Positions 39,848 through 50,260 of a DNA stretch of 64,000 bases are shown here, in pieces; positions within the stretch are counted from its first letter, which is position 1, and each line of letters opens with the position of its first letter. Both the position numbers and the translations under genes were made by a program. The notes beneath the pieces were generated by a model. The model worked only from the letters and a program-made list of their open reading frames with translations, did not search any database and had not been told where the DNA came from. Origin of the DNA: Planctomycetota bacterium (lineage in GTDB: Bacteria; Planctomycetota; UBA1135; UBA2386); assembly GCA_965223545.1 (NCBI GenBank), contig OZ245006.1, positions 2,496,001 to 2,560,000 on the forward strand, given 5' to 3'.

Positions 39848-40384
39848 GTGAGCCCAACTTCGGCACCGCTCGCCGCCGACCACACCGACCACGACACGAT
39901 CTCCGCGCTGGTGCAGACCCACCAACGCGGGCTGTGGCGCTATCTGCGCAGCCTCGGTGCCGATCCCGCGCTGGCCGACGAAATCGCCGTAGATGCACTG
40001 GCAACCGCCTTCGAGCGGCGGATGCACGACGGCGAGGCCACCACCGGCCGGTTTCTGCGGGCCACCGCGCGCCACCTCTACCTGCGCCGGCGCCGGGACG
40101 CCGGCCGGCGTCTGCGGCTTCTGGCCGAGGCAGCGGACCGCCTCTGGGAGCGCGATTGCGCCAGCGACGGCGGCGAGGCCTATCTGACCGCCCTGCGTGC
40201 CTGTGTGGAGGCGTTGCCGCTCCGGGCGCGGCGTGCCGTGACCGCCTGCTACCGCGACGGCGCCGACCGCGGCGCGCTCGCCGCCGAGCTCGACCTGCAA
40301 CCCAACGGACTCAAGACCCTGTTACAGCGCACGCGCGCGCGTCTGCGCGCTTGCATCCAGCACCGTTTGTCGGAGCCGACATGA
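39848..40384 (+). CDS. ECF RNA polymerase sigma factor
   Basis: Region 2 'LVQTHQRGLWRYLRSLGAD.ALADEIA.D', 'FLR.TAR..Y'; region 4 'LRACVEALP.R.R..V...Y.DG', 'LKTLLQRTRARLRACI'. Confidence 0.88.
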   Translation: MSPTSAPLAADHTDHDTISALVQTHQRGLWRYLRSLGADPALADEIAVDALATAFERRMHDGEATTGRFLRATARHLYLRRRRDAGRRLRLLAEAADRLWERDCASDGGEAYLTALRACVEALPLRARRAVTACYRDGADRGALAAELDLQPNGLKTLLQRTRARLRACIQHRLSEPT

Positions 40385-41667
40385 GTACACCCCAGTCACG
40401 CGTCGAAGAGCAGCGCCTGGAATGGGCCCTCGCCGAGACCTTTGGCACGCAGACGCCACCCGATCTGACCGGCGCGGTCCGCCGCCGCCTCGCGGCGACA
40501 GCGAGCGAAGCCCGTCCACCCCATCGCAGCCGTGCCGCCGCCGCCGCGGTGTTGCTGCTCGGCGGCCTCGCGGTGGCCTACACGTGGGCTTCGAGACGCG
40601 CGCCCGAGTCCGTGGAGCCGGTCGCGGGTGAACGGGCGTCGGGCGACGCACAGGACCCGGTCGCGGCCCCGGAGTGGGTCACGGTCCGCAGCTTCGGCGA
40701 AATCGAAGACCTGCCCGCCGCAATCCAGTACGTCCGCGGCATCAACCTGAGCGACGCCGACATCGCCGCCCTGGCGGAGCGTGACCTGCGCGGACTGCGA
40801 CTCGAAGTGCGCTGGTACCGCGACCGCGACCGGCCGCTGCGGTTCGCGAGTGGGCGTGCCCTGGGGATCGTCGCACGCATGCACGGTCTGCGCGCACTCC
40901 ACCTGGACGGCCAGGCCAACCTCCAGTCGGCATCGCTGCGCGAGCTCGCCGCACTGCCGATGCTGCACGAGCTCGGCCTACAGCGCATCGACACCAGCGA
41001 CAGTCAGCTCGCGGCATTGGTCGAGTTCCCGTCGCTCGCGCGCGTCGACCTGACGCTCAACCACGGCTTTGGCGCAGACGGACTCCGCGCGGTGCTCGAC
41101 TGCCCCGGCCTGCGCTCGCTGTTGCTGCGCGGATGCAGCCAGCTCGACGGGGCCGCACTACAGGCCTTGACCCGCGCGCGCCACTTGCGAGAGCTCGACT
41201 TGGGTGACATCGGTCGCAGCTTTCGCGGCTTCATCGGCGAGCCGGGAGACGCCGCTCTGTACGCGCTTCAGCACGACGCGCGGCTGCCGACGACTTCACA
41301 GCCCTTGGCTTTCGAGGATCTGATCTTCGTCACCGAGTTGCCGGCGCTCGAGGTGATCGGCTTGGGCGGCACCGCGATCACCGACGACGACGTCCGCCGC
41401 TTGCGACAGTCGATGCCCGGTCTACGCGAAGTGCGCCTCGCCGATTGCGAGCGCATCACCGACGTCGCGGTCGCCGAGCTGCTGGCGCTCGAGCACTTGA
41501 CGACTCTCGACCTCTCCCGGTGCCCGGGAGTGTCCGCGTTCAGCATTCCGCTGCTGGCGCGCGCCGGGCCGCTGCGCACGCTGGTACTCGACGGCCACGA
41601 CTGGCTCACCGACGAACACCGCGCGCTGCTGAACACGCCGCACTCGCGCCTGGTCCCCGGCCGGTGA
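40381..41667 (+). CDS. Putative anti-sigma factor with TM helix and leucine-rich-repeat domain
   Basis: ATGA overlap with the sigma gene; 'PPDLT..V..RL', TM 'AAAAAVLLLGGLAVAYTW'; LRRs 'LRSLLLRGCSQL', 'LEVIGLGGTAITD', 'LREVRLADCERITD', 'LTTLDLSRCPGVS'. Confidence 0.8.
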   Translation: MSTPQSRVEEQRLEWALAETFGTQTPPDLTGAVRRRLAATASEARPPHRSRAAAAAVLLLGGLAVAYTWASRRAPESVEPVAGERASGDAQDPVAAPEWVTVRSFGEIEDLPAAIQYVRGINLSDADIAALAERDLRGLRLEVRWYRDRDRPLRFASGRALGIVARMHGLRALHLDGQANLQSASLRELAALPMLHELGLQRIDTSDSQLAALVEFPSLARVDLTLNHGFGADGLRAVLDCPGLRSLLLRGCSQLDGAALQALTRARHLRELDLGDIGRSFRGFIGEPGDAALYALQHDARLPTTSQPLAFEDLIFVTELPALEVIGLGGTAITDDDVRRLRQSMPGLREVRLADCERITDVAVAELLALEHLTTLDLSRCPGVSAFSIPLLARAGPLRTLVLDGHDWLTDEHRALLNTPHSRLVPGR

Positions 41668-41718
41668 TTGCGCCGACTGCGGCGCTTCGCTCGGTGGCTC
41701 GCGGTATCGTGCGCGGCC

Positions 41719-43458
41719 ATGCGCCCCACGCCGATCTACGCCACTGCGCTCTTCACCCTCATTGCCTGTGGAAGCGGCCCCGCCGTTCGTGTCGCCGGCG
41801 ATTGGCCGCTCGCCTTGCACACTGCGCCGGTGCGCGCCGCGCACGGCATGGTGGTGTCGACGGACGACTACGCGAGCCGCGTCGGGGACGCGGTCCTGCG
41901 CGCCGGCGGCAACGCGGTCGATGCAGCGGTCGCCACGGCGTTCGCGCTGGCGGTGGTGAACCCCGAAGCCGGCAACCTCGGCGGCGGCGGTTTTCTCCTG
42001 ACGCGGCTCGCATCGGGAGAGGCAGCGGCGCTCGATTTTCGCGAACGCGCGCCGGCGGCCGCGCACCGCGACATGTACCTCGACGCGGATGGCGAGCTCA
42101 CCGACGACCGCCTGCTGGGCCACCGGGCCGCGGGGGTGCCCGGAACCGTCGCAGGCTTGTGGGCAGCGCACCAACGGTTCGGGCAAAGACCCTGGCCCCC
42201 GCTCGTGGAACCGGCCATCGAGCTCGCCCGAGGCTTCGTCGTCCGCCCGCGGCAGGCACACTCACTGGCACACGCCGCCGACGCTCTGCGCCGCTTCGCC
42301 AGCACCGCGGCAGCGTTCTTGCCGAAGGGTGAGCCACCTCGTGCCGGCGAGACGCTCGCTCAGCCCGATCTCGTTCGCACCCTCGAGCGCATCCGCGATC
42401 ACGGCCCCGACGGGTTCTACCGCGGCGCCACGGCAGCCGCGATCGTCGCCGAGATGCAGCGCGGCGGCGGCCTGATCACCGCCGACGACCTGGCGCAGTA
42501 CCAGCCGGTGTGGCGCACGCCGATCGCCTTCGACTACCGCGGCCATCGCGTGCTGTCGATGCCGCCGCCGTCTTCGGGAGGGGCGACGTTGGCGGCGATG
42601 GCGCACATTCTCGCTGGCTTCGAGCTCGGCGCCCTGCCGTGGCACGGCACCCTGCACACCCACTTGCTCGCCGAAGCGTGGAAGCGCGCCTACGCCGACC
42701 GCAACACCTACCTGGCGGACCCCGACCACGTCGAGATGCCGCTGCACGAGATGACGTCCACTGGCTACGGCGCCGCGCGCCGCGGCTCGATCTCACTGCA
42801 GCACGCCACGCCAGCCAGCGAGGTGAAGCCGGGACTGGGTCCGATCGCCGAATCCAGCGAGACGACACACCTCTCGGTCGTCGACCGGGACGGCAACGCC
42901 GTCGCTCTGACCACCACCATCAACTCGTTCTACGGCTGCAAGGTGACCGTCGCGGGTGCCGGCTTCTTGCTCAACAACGAGATGGATGACTTCGCCACCA
43001 AACCCGGCAGCGCCAACCAGTTCGGCCTCGTGCAGGGCGAGAACAACGCGATCGCGCCCGGCAAGCGCATGCTCAGCGCGATGACGCCGACCATCGTCGC
43101 CCGGCCCGACGGCTCGCTCCTCTACGTCACCGGAACTCCGGGTGGATCGACGATCATCACCAACGTGTTCCAGAACCTGAGCAACGTGATCGACTTCGGC
43201 ATGGGGGTCGTCGCCGCAACGCACGCGCCGCGGCTGCACCACCAGCACTTGCCGGACGTAATCTCTTGCGAACCCGGCGCCCTGACCGACGCCACGATAT
43301 CGGCGCTGCGCGCGATGGGGCACGCGGTCGAAGAGCGCTTCGACGAGAGTGCCGCCTACCCTTACATCGGCGACATCCAGGCGATCTTCGTCAACACCGA
43401 CGGCTCGCTCGAAGCCTGCTCGGATCCACGCCGCGGCGGCCGCGCGGTCGGGCACTGA
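41719..43458 (+). CDS. ggt: Gamma-glutamyltransferase
   Basis: 'GGNAVDAAVA', 'GNLGGGGF', 'LDFRE.AP', 'GVPGTVAG', 'ETTHLSVVD', 'LLNNEMDDF', 'PGKRMLSAMTP', 'GTPGGSTI', 'SDPRRGG'; lipobox-like 'LIAC'. Confidence 0.96.
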   Translation: MRPTPIYATALFTLIACGSGPAVRVAGDWPLALHTAPVRAAHGMVVSTDDYASRVGDAVLRAGGNAVDAAVATAFALAVVNPEAGNLGGGGFLLTRLASGEAAALDFRERAPAAAHRDMYLDADGELTDDRLLGHRAAGVPGTVAGLWAAHQRFGQRPWPPLVEPAIELARGFVVRPRQAHSLAHAADALRRFASTAAAFLPKGEPPRAGETLAQPDLVRTLERIRDHGPDGFYRGATAAAIVAEMQRGGGLITADDLAQYQPVWRTPIAFDYRGHRVLSMPPPSSGGATLAAMAHILAGFELGALPWHGTLHTHLLAEAWKRAYADRNTYLADPDHVEMPLHEMTSTGYGAARRGSISLQHATPASEVKPGLGPIAESSETTHLSVVDRDGNAVALTTTINSFYGCKVTVAGAGFLLNNEMDDFATKPGSANQFGLVQGENNAIAPGKRMLSAMTPTIVARPDGSLLYVTGTPGGSTIITNVFQNLSNVIDFGMGVVAATHAPRLHHQHLPDVISCEPGALTDATISALRAMGHAVEERFDESAAYPYIGDIQAIFVNTDGSLEACSDPRRGGRAVGH

Positions 43459-43491
43459 CGCGGTTATGATCGAGGCCCCAAGGAGGCCTGC

Positions 43492-45063
43492 ATGCGAGAG
43501 TGCTCGAAAGTCGCCCTATCCGTTCTCCTGGCGTTGACCACGGCCGCGCACACCGGTGCCCAACGGCAGTTCAAGGAGATCGAGGGCCTTGCCCTGTTTC
43601 CCACCGGGGTCAGCTACCCCTACGACATCGCCGCCGGCGATCTCGACGGAGACGGCGACACCGATTTCGTCTACGCGAACAGCGGTCTATCGATCCTGGC
43701 GAACCCCAACAGCGTTCTGCTCAACGACGGTGCGGGCACGTTCCGCGGGCGAGCGATTTCAACCAACCGCGACCACTCGGCCGCGGTCGCGCTCGCGGAC
43801 GTCGATGGCGACGGTGACCTGGACGTCGCGTTCGGCAACTTCAGCCTGCAAGGGAGCCGGAGCCAGAACCGCCTCTATCTGAACGACGGCACGGCCCGCT
43901 TCGTCGAAGTCACCGGGACCCACATGCCGCGCGACGGCGACGAGACCTCCGCCGTCGTGTTCGGCGACATCGACCGAGACGGCGATCCGGATCTCGTCAT
44001 CGGCAACTACGGCGTTCTCGGTGGACGGCGAAACCGGGTGTACCTCAACGACGGCACCGGCCGTTTCTCCGACGTGACTTCCAGCCGGATGCCCATCGCG
44101 GCGTTCTCCACATCTCACCTGGTATTGGCCGACGTGAACGGCGACGGCGCACTCGACTTGGTCACTGCCAACGGCGGCAACTCGACCTCTCGCCAGAACC
44201 GCCTGTTCTTCAACACGGGCACGGGCTCCTTCGTCGACCGCACAGCGACGCACATGCCGCCCGACAACGACTGGTCGATCTCGATCGCAGTCGCCGACGT
44301 CGACAACGACGGCGACGCCGACCTTGTCTTCGGCAACCAGCGACAGAACCGCCTCTACCTCAACAACGGCACGGGCGATTTCTCGGACGCGACCGCGGGC
44401 CGGCTCCCGGCCGACAACAACTACACGGACACGATCGCCGCCGGCGACGTCGACGAAGACGGCGACACGGATCTCGTGCTGGGCAACGGCGGTCCCGACT
44501 TCGCCTTCCAACAGAACCGACTCTACCTGAACGATGGTGCCGGTGTGTTCCGCGACGCGACGTCGGCCCGTATGCCGGTGCGCCGCGACGAGACCAGCGC
44601 CGTCGTCCTGGCCGACGCAGACGGTGACGACGACCTGGACCTGCTCATCGGCAATTTCGGCATCGGCCCCGCGCAGCCCGATCACCTCTATCTCAACCTG
44701 CACCGACAGCTCAGCCGACCGGCGCTGCCGGTGCTGGGAGCACCGTACACGCTCGAGGTGTTCGCCAAGCGGGGCTACGCCACCTCGACGCACACCGCTG
44801 TCATTGCGCTCGGCGTCGGCCTGGCTCCGCAGCCGATCCCGGTCCAGAACTGGGGCAACCTCTACCTGCAGCCGGCGCCCCTGTACCCACTCCCACCGGT
44901 GTCGATCGGGATCGCCTCCGGCATGGCCGTGCTGCAGCTGCCGATTCCACAGCTACCGGCACTGGAGGGCGCCGTGCCGTATCTGCAGGCCTGGATCGTC
45001 GACGACGCGAATCCGATCGACGCGCACTTCACCGGCTATCTGGCGGACCCCATCCGGCGCTGA
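43492..45063 (+). CDS. Secreted FG-GAP/VCBS 7-repeat beta-propeller protein with shared C-terminal domain
   Basis: AAGGAGG RBS; signal ending TGA-Q; 7 repeats DxDxDGDxDL each followed by 'NRLYLNDG.G.F'-like segments. Confidence 0.9.
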   Translation: MRECSKVALSVLLALTTAAHTGAQRQFKEIEGLALFPTGVSYPYDIAAGDLDGDGDTDFVYANSGLSILANPNSVLLNDGAGTFRGRAISTNRDHSAAVALADVDGDGDLDVAFGNFSLQGSRSQNRLYLNDGTARFVEVTGTHMPRDGDETSAVVFGDIDRDGDPDLVIGNYGVLGGRRNRVYLNDGTGRFSDVTSSRMPIAAFSTSHLVLADVNGDGALDLVTANGGNSTSRQNRLFFNTGTGSFVDRTATHMPPDNDWSISIAVADVDNDGDADLVFGNQRQNRLYLNNGTGDFSDATAGRLPADNNYTDTIAAGDVDEDGDTDLVLGNGGPDFAFQQNRLYLNDGAGVFRDATSARMPVRRDETSAVVLADADGDDDLDLLIGNFGIGPAQPDHLYLNLHRQLSRPALPVLGAPYTLEVFAKRGYATSTHTAVIALGVGLAPQPIPVQNWGNLYLQPAPLYPLPPVSIGIASGMAVLQLPIPQLPALEGAVPYLQAWIVDDANPIDAHFTGYLADPIRR

Positions 45064-45529
45064 GTGTCTCGCTGATTCCTCCGAGCCGGGCGGCGAGCGG
45101 CTCGTAGAAGAAGGCCGACAGCGCCAACCCGTACACCGGCGCCAAGAGCACGCCGCCGAAGGTGCCCACGATGTCGGCCGGCGACACCGATCCGCCGGCA
45201 TGGGCCACCCGGCTCATCGCGTGCAGGGCACCGGCCAGGAGCATCACGACACCGAGCGCCAGCGCCTGCCGCGCGAGGCCGCGCAGCACGTCGGCCGAAC
45301 GCTCACGCCGCGGCAGCGGTAGATCTTCCGCGCGCGGGTCGAACGCATCGCGGATGGCCGAGGTCACCGTGGCCACCGGCCACGTCGTCACCGCGATCAA
45401 CCACGGGCCACCCAGCACGACCGCCGCCGCACGGACATCGAGCAGCAGGGCGACGTCGCCGGTGACGAACACCGCCACCACACCGAGAACGGCGAAGGCA
45501 GCAACGACGGCGAACAGGCGAATCATCAT
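45029..45529 (-). CDS. Short MotA/TolQ/ExbB-like membrane protein
   Basis: 'LLLDV.AAAVVLGG.W......P', 'ALALGVV..L.G', 'LLAPVYGLALSAFFYEPLAARL' resemble MotA TM2-TM4; the cytoplasmic domain is absent. Confidence 0.55.
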   Translation of the reverse strand: MMIRLFAVVAAFAVLGVVAVFVTGDVALLLDVRAAAVVLGGPWLIAVTTWPVATVTSAIRDAFDPRAEDLPLPRRERSADVLRGLARQALALGVVMLLAGALHAMSRVAHAGGSVSPADIVGTFGGVLLAPVYGLALSAFFYEPLAARLGGISETLSAGWGPPDSR

Positions 45530-45552
45530 TCTCGAATCCTCTTCAGCGCGGC

Positions 45553-46086
45553 TCACACGGGCTGGGCGAGGCCAAACGCGGTCGCCAAGGCCATGGCGAC
45601 ACCTCCAGTGACGATGGCGTGGTCGGGAGGCGGCGCCGCGCCCTGCCGTTCGAGCAAGGCCCCCAGGAACACGCGGCCGAGCAACACCCCAGCGAGTGGG
45701 TAGTGCAGGGCCGACAGCATCCATTGGACGTATTGGACCGGGCTGGCCCCGCCGGCCGGCCATCGCGCCGCGACCAAGATCATCAGGACGGCAAGCAGCC
45801 CGAAGCCGAAGCCGGCGGCGACGCTGGCGTTGGCAGCCTGGGACAGGACGCGCAGCTGTAGTTGACCCAACCGCTCGGCGCGCAGCGCGCGCAGCAAGAC
45901 CCCGGGGCCGCGCAGCCCGCCGGTCACGACGGTGACCAACACCGCGATCACGCCGATGCGGATCACCGCGTTGAGCAGCACGGTCGGATGACGCACGAAC
46001 CAGCAAACCGTCGCCACCGCGATGAGAACCAAGACCGAGAACGGCCAACCGCCGCGCCCGCCTTCCAGACGTTCGCTCGACTTCAT
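45553..46086 (-). CDS. Membrane protein, probable divergent paralogue of the adjacent MotA-like gene
   Basis: 4-5 TM segments; 'LRVLSQAANASVAAG', 'GGASP', 'ALHYPLAGVLLGRVFLGALLER' align by eye with the neighbour; ATGA overlap upstream. Confidence 0.55.
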   Translation of the reverse strand: MKSSERLEGGRGGWPFSVLVLIAVATVCWFVRHPTVLLNAVIRIGVIAVLVTVVTGGLRGPGVLLRALRAERLGQLQLRVLSQAANASVAAGFGFGLLAVLMILVAARWPAGGASPVQYVQWMLSALHYPLAGVLLGRVFLGALLERQGAAPPPDHAIVTGGVAMALATAFGLAQPV

Positions 46087-46340
46087 CCGTCACTCCACAG
46101 CTTTTGTCGCAACCCTTCCCAGAGAGCCTGTCCCGTCATCGCCGCGCCGCGATCGAAGCTCTGGTCGCGGCGTGAGTCAGCGGCGACCCACAGCGGTAAC
46201 GTCGTCACCATGCACGCCGCCACCCAGGCCGACACCCGCAGGCCGCGGCGCTCGACCTGCACACCACCGTGCGCTTGTGCAGCCACCGCCTCGGCACGCT
46301 CCACGACGCGACTCCGCAACCGCTCCGCGCGCTCGGTCAT
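46083..46340 (-). CDS. Small single-TM protein, putative anti-sigma factor
   Basis: 85 aa; ATGA overlaps at both ends; one hydrophobic segment 'VSAWVAACMVTTLPLWVAA'. Confidence 0.55.
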   Translation of the reverse strand: MTERAERLRSRVVERAEAVAAQAHGGVQVERRGLRVSAWVAACMVTTLPLWVAADSRRDQSFDRGAAMTGQALWEGLRQKLWSDG

Positions 46341-46894
46341 CGATCGCCCTCGGTCGCGCGCAGCGCCTCGAGCGCGCCGGCAGCTCTGTACTTGACGGTT
46401 CGCACCGAGACACCCAGGGCGTCGGCAATCTGCCGATGGGTCAGCTCGTCGCGCCAACGCAACTCCAACACCAGGGCCAGGTGTGGTGGCAGCGCCGCGA
46501 CCCGCGCCGCCAAGTCGTCGCGGATGATCCAAGACTGCAGCGGGTCCGCGTCCGTGCCTCGCGTGTGCGCGGTTGCACGCTCGTGGCGGTCGCGCCGGCG
46601 GTCGCCGCGCAGCACGTCGCGCGCACGGTTGCCAGCGATCGTCAACAGCCAAGCACGCACCGAACCCACAGCGGATCCGCCGACCGCGTGGGCCTTCTCC
46701 GCTGCCACGACGAAGACGTCTTGCAGCACGTCCTCGGCGCTCGAGGCATCCTGCAGCAGACGTTCGGCGAGATGGAGCACGGCGGTGGCGTGGCGGTCGT
46801 ACAAGAGCTCCAGGGCACGGCGCACCGTCACCGGCGACGGCGGGTGGTGCCCGCCTACGATCGCCAGCAGCTCACGGTCCGACGGTTCGGCCAT
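46337..46894 (-). CDS. ECF RNA polymerase sigma factor
   Basis: 'SDRELL', 'ALELLYDRH', 'AEDVLQDVF', 'WLLTIAGNRARD.LR', 'LTHRQIADALGVSVRTVKYR'. Confidence 0.92.
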   Translation of the reverse strand: MAEPSDRELLAIVGGHHPPSPVTVRRALELLYDRHATAVLHLAERLLQDASSAEDVLQDVFVVAAEKAHAVGGSAVGSVRAWLLTIAGNRARDVLRGDRRRDRHERATAHTRGTDADPLQSWIIRDDLAARVAALPPHLALVLELRWRDELTHRQIADALGVSVRTVKYRAAGALEALRATEGDR

Positions 46895-46957
46895 GGACCC
46901 CCCTCAGACGTCTCGCGACTGCCCGGAGTGCAAGCCGAACAAGAAAAACACACGACG

Positions 46958-47488
46958 TCATCTCGCGGCGATCGCCCTCGCCAAGGCGCGCAGCGCCGCC
47001 GGACCGCTGCGCGGCAGCAGCCGGCGCCGCAGCTCGGCCGGCCGCACGGACCAGTCGGCAAGCCGGGCGCGCGCATCGGCAAGCACCCGGCGGTGATCGA
47101 ACGCCAGCGGTGGCGGCCGCCACAGCGGGTGCCAGGAGACCGCCGCCGCGTCGTCACCCGCGCGTGCCCGCGGCAACCGCCCGCCCCAGACACCGATGTA
47201 GACGACCCCGATCGTCCGGCCGCGCGGGTCGCGGTCGGGATCATCGTAGACGCCGAGCAGGCACAGCCGCGCCGGCGCGCGCACCGCGGTTTCCTCCAAC
47301 AGCTCCCGCTTCGCCGCCGCCTCCAGCCGTTCCTCCTCGTCGACGAACCCACCCGGCAGGGCCCAGCTACCGGCGAACGGCGGCCGGCCGCGCCGGATCA
47401 GGAGGACGCGCACGCGGCCCTCTGCCACATGCAGGCCCACGACGTCGACCGTCAGCGCCGGTCGCGGATATGCATAGCGGTAGGCCAC
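46958..47488 (-). CDS. NUDIX hydrolase (ADP-ribose pyrophosphatase-like)
   Basis: 'YPRPALTVD', 'VLLIRR..PPF.G.WALPGGFVD..E.LE.AAKRELLEET', 'PDRDPRGR', 'AGDDA', 'LAFDH'. Confidence 0.92.
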   Translation of the reverse strand: MAYRYAYPRPALTVDVVGLHVAEGRVRVLLIRRGRPPFAGSWALPGGFVDEEERLEAAAKRELLEETAVRAPARLCLLGVYDDPDRDPRGRTIGVVYIGVWGGRLPRARAGDDAAAVSWHPLWRPPPLAFDHRRVLADARARLADWSVRPAELRRRLLPRSGPAALRALARAIAAR

Positions 47489-47532
47489 CCCGCGCGCGCC
47501 CTGTTCAGCAGCCCGTGGACCGCGCCGCCATC

Positions 47533-48567
47533 TCAGTTGCAGCCGACCGTGGCGACGTACGCGTCGGAGACGTTGAGCCCACCGGCGTGGCCGATGATCC
47601 CCTGGATCGCCGCCTGGCCGCCGATCAACCCGGGGTCGTTCGGCACATTGAGCGTGAAGCTGCCGCTGCCCGCGGCATCGAGGGCGGTGGGTCCATAGCT
47701 GAACACGCTGCGCGGATCGACGTAGACCGCGCACCCCGCCGGCATCAACGTCAGCACCTGTGGCGGGTAGAGCACCATCGATCCCATCAGGAAGAACTGG
47801 CCGGCGGAATAGGTCGTGGCAACGGTCACCACGGTGGGCTTGCCGACGTTGAACGGGGGCAGCGTCAGCACGGGGTTGCCGCCCGAAGTGCAGTTGGCGA
47901 CGCCCAGCCGCGCGACGGTCCCGGACCGCACACACGGGGCACAGGTACCGGTGACCGCGAAGTCGTCGATCACGGTCACCGCCGGCGCCCCCGCCTTCGC
48001 CACGCCGAACAGATTGAGACGCAGCTCGAGCTGGTTCTGCTGCTGCAGCAGCGGCACGTCGTCGAGATCGACGCAGATGCGCACTCGAGTCGGCGTGGTA
48101 CTCGACACCGGCGGGAAGCGCACCGTACGCAACAGCGTGGTGAAGTTGTCCCCACCCGGACCGGGCTCCTCGTCGGCGAACAGATCGAAGCCGTCGATCA
48201 CGGAGTCGGCACTGCGCCACACGTCCATGCAGAGCTGCACGCCCGAGACCGCGGCACCGCCGTCCGCCCACGCCAAGCAGTACAGCGTGTTGTTGTCGTA
48301 GGCGACGCTGCCCGCGACGGCCGCGGGAAACTGCGCCGGGTCGAGGTGCAGCCCGCAGCCCATGCCGACCGGCGCCGTGTAGATGGCGCGGTCCGACCGC
48401 AGATCACCGCTGCGGCCACACGACCAAACAGCGCCGTTCGCCAGGTTGCCGCCCTGGGCGCCCGGCGCGCACGGGCCCTCGAAGTCGTAGCGGATCACCG
48501 TCTCGACCGGCGCTTGCGCAGACACACCGATACACACGGTGAGGGCCGCGAGGGAGTGGTATTTCAA
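47533..48567 (-). CDS. Secreted hypothetical protein with shared C-terminal domain
   Basis: GGAG RBS before TTG 48567; signal 'MKYHSLAALTVCIGVSA-Q'; beta-rich, Cys-containing N-terminal domain. Confidence 0.72.
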   Translation of the reverse strand: MKYHSLAALTVCIGVSAQAPVETVIRYDFEGPCAPGAQGGNLANGAVWSCGRSGDLRSDRAIYTAPVGMGCGLHLDPAQFPAAVAGSVAYDNNTLYCLAWADGGAAVSGVQLCMDVWRSADSVIDGFDLFADEEPGPGGDNFTTLLRTVRFPPVSSTTPTRVRICVDLDDVPLLQQQNQLELRLNLFGVAKAGAPAVTVIDDFAVTGTCAPCVRSGTVARLGVANCTSGGNPVLTLPPFNVGKPTVVTVATTYSAGQFFLMGSMVLYPPQVLTLMPAGCAVYVDPRSVFSYGPTALDAAGSGSFTLNVPNDPGLIGGQAAIQGIIGHAGGLNVSDAYVATVGCN

Positions 48568-48644
48568 CGGGGACTCCGGGGAGCTCGGACGTCCGCGCGG
48601 CGGCGACCTCGACCAAGTCAGTCGGGCCGCCGACTCGGCGCAGC

Positions 48645-50099
<1,455 letters not shown>

Positions 50100-50122
50100 G
50101 TTGCTTCTCGATTCGGCAGATA

Positions 50123-50140
50123 TATCAACATATCTGGATA
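50123..50140. promoter_or_regulatory. Imperfect palindromic operator upstream of ahcY (SahR-like site)
   Basis: TATCAACATATCTGGATA, 14/18 self-complementary, AT-rich in a GC-rich background, 23 nt upstream of the ahcY ATG. Confidence 0.55.
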
Positions 50141-50260
50141 GACCGATCAAGCATCTCCTTTTCCGCTGAAGCGAATCGGAACACCAGGGCGAGCTCGCTC
50201 GTCGCGCCACGCCGCGACCCCGCCACACCCCATGCGCCCCTTGCGAGCGGCGGATGGGCG

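Noticed and set aside
43640..44700. Periodic nucleotide repeats (gacggcgac..., aaccgcctcta...)
   Set aside because: They are coding FG-GAP protein repeats, not a DNA-level array.
45029..46086. Zorya-type anti-phage system or flagellar stator
   Set aside because: No MotB/ZorB partner, no long ZorA tail, and no effector or flagellar genes nearby.
50141..50260. SAH or SAM riboswitch upstream of ahcY
   Set aside because: Only a weak partial resemblance (AAGGGGCGC on the minus strand); the other conserved elements are not seen. An Infernal/Rfam scan would settle it.
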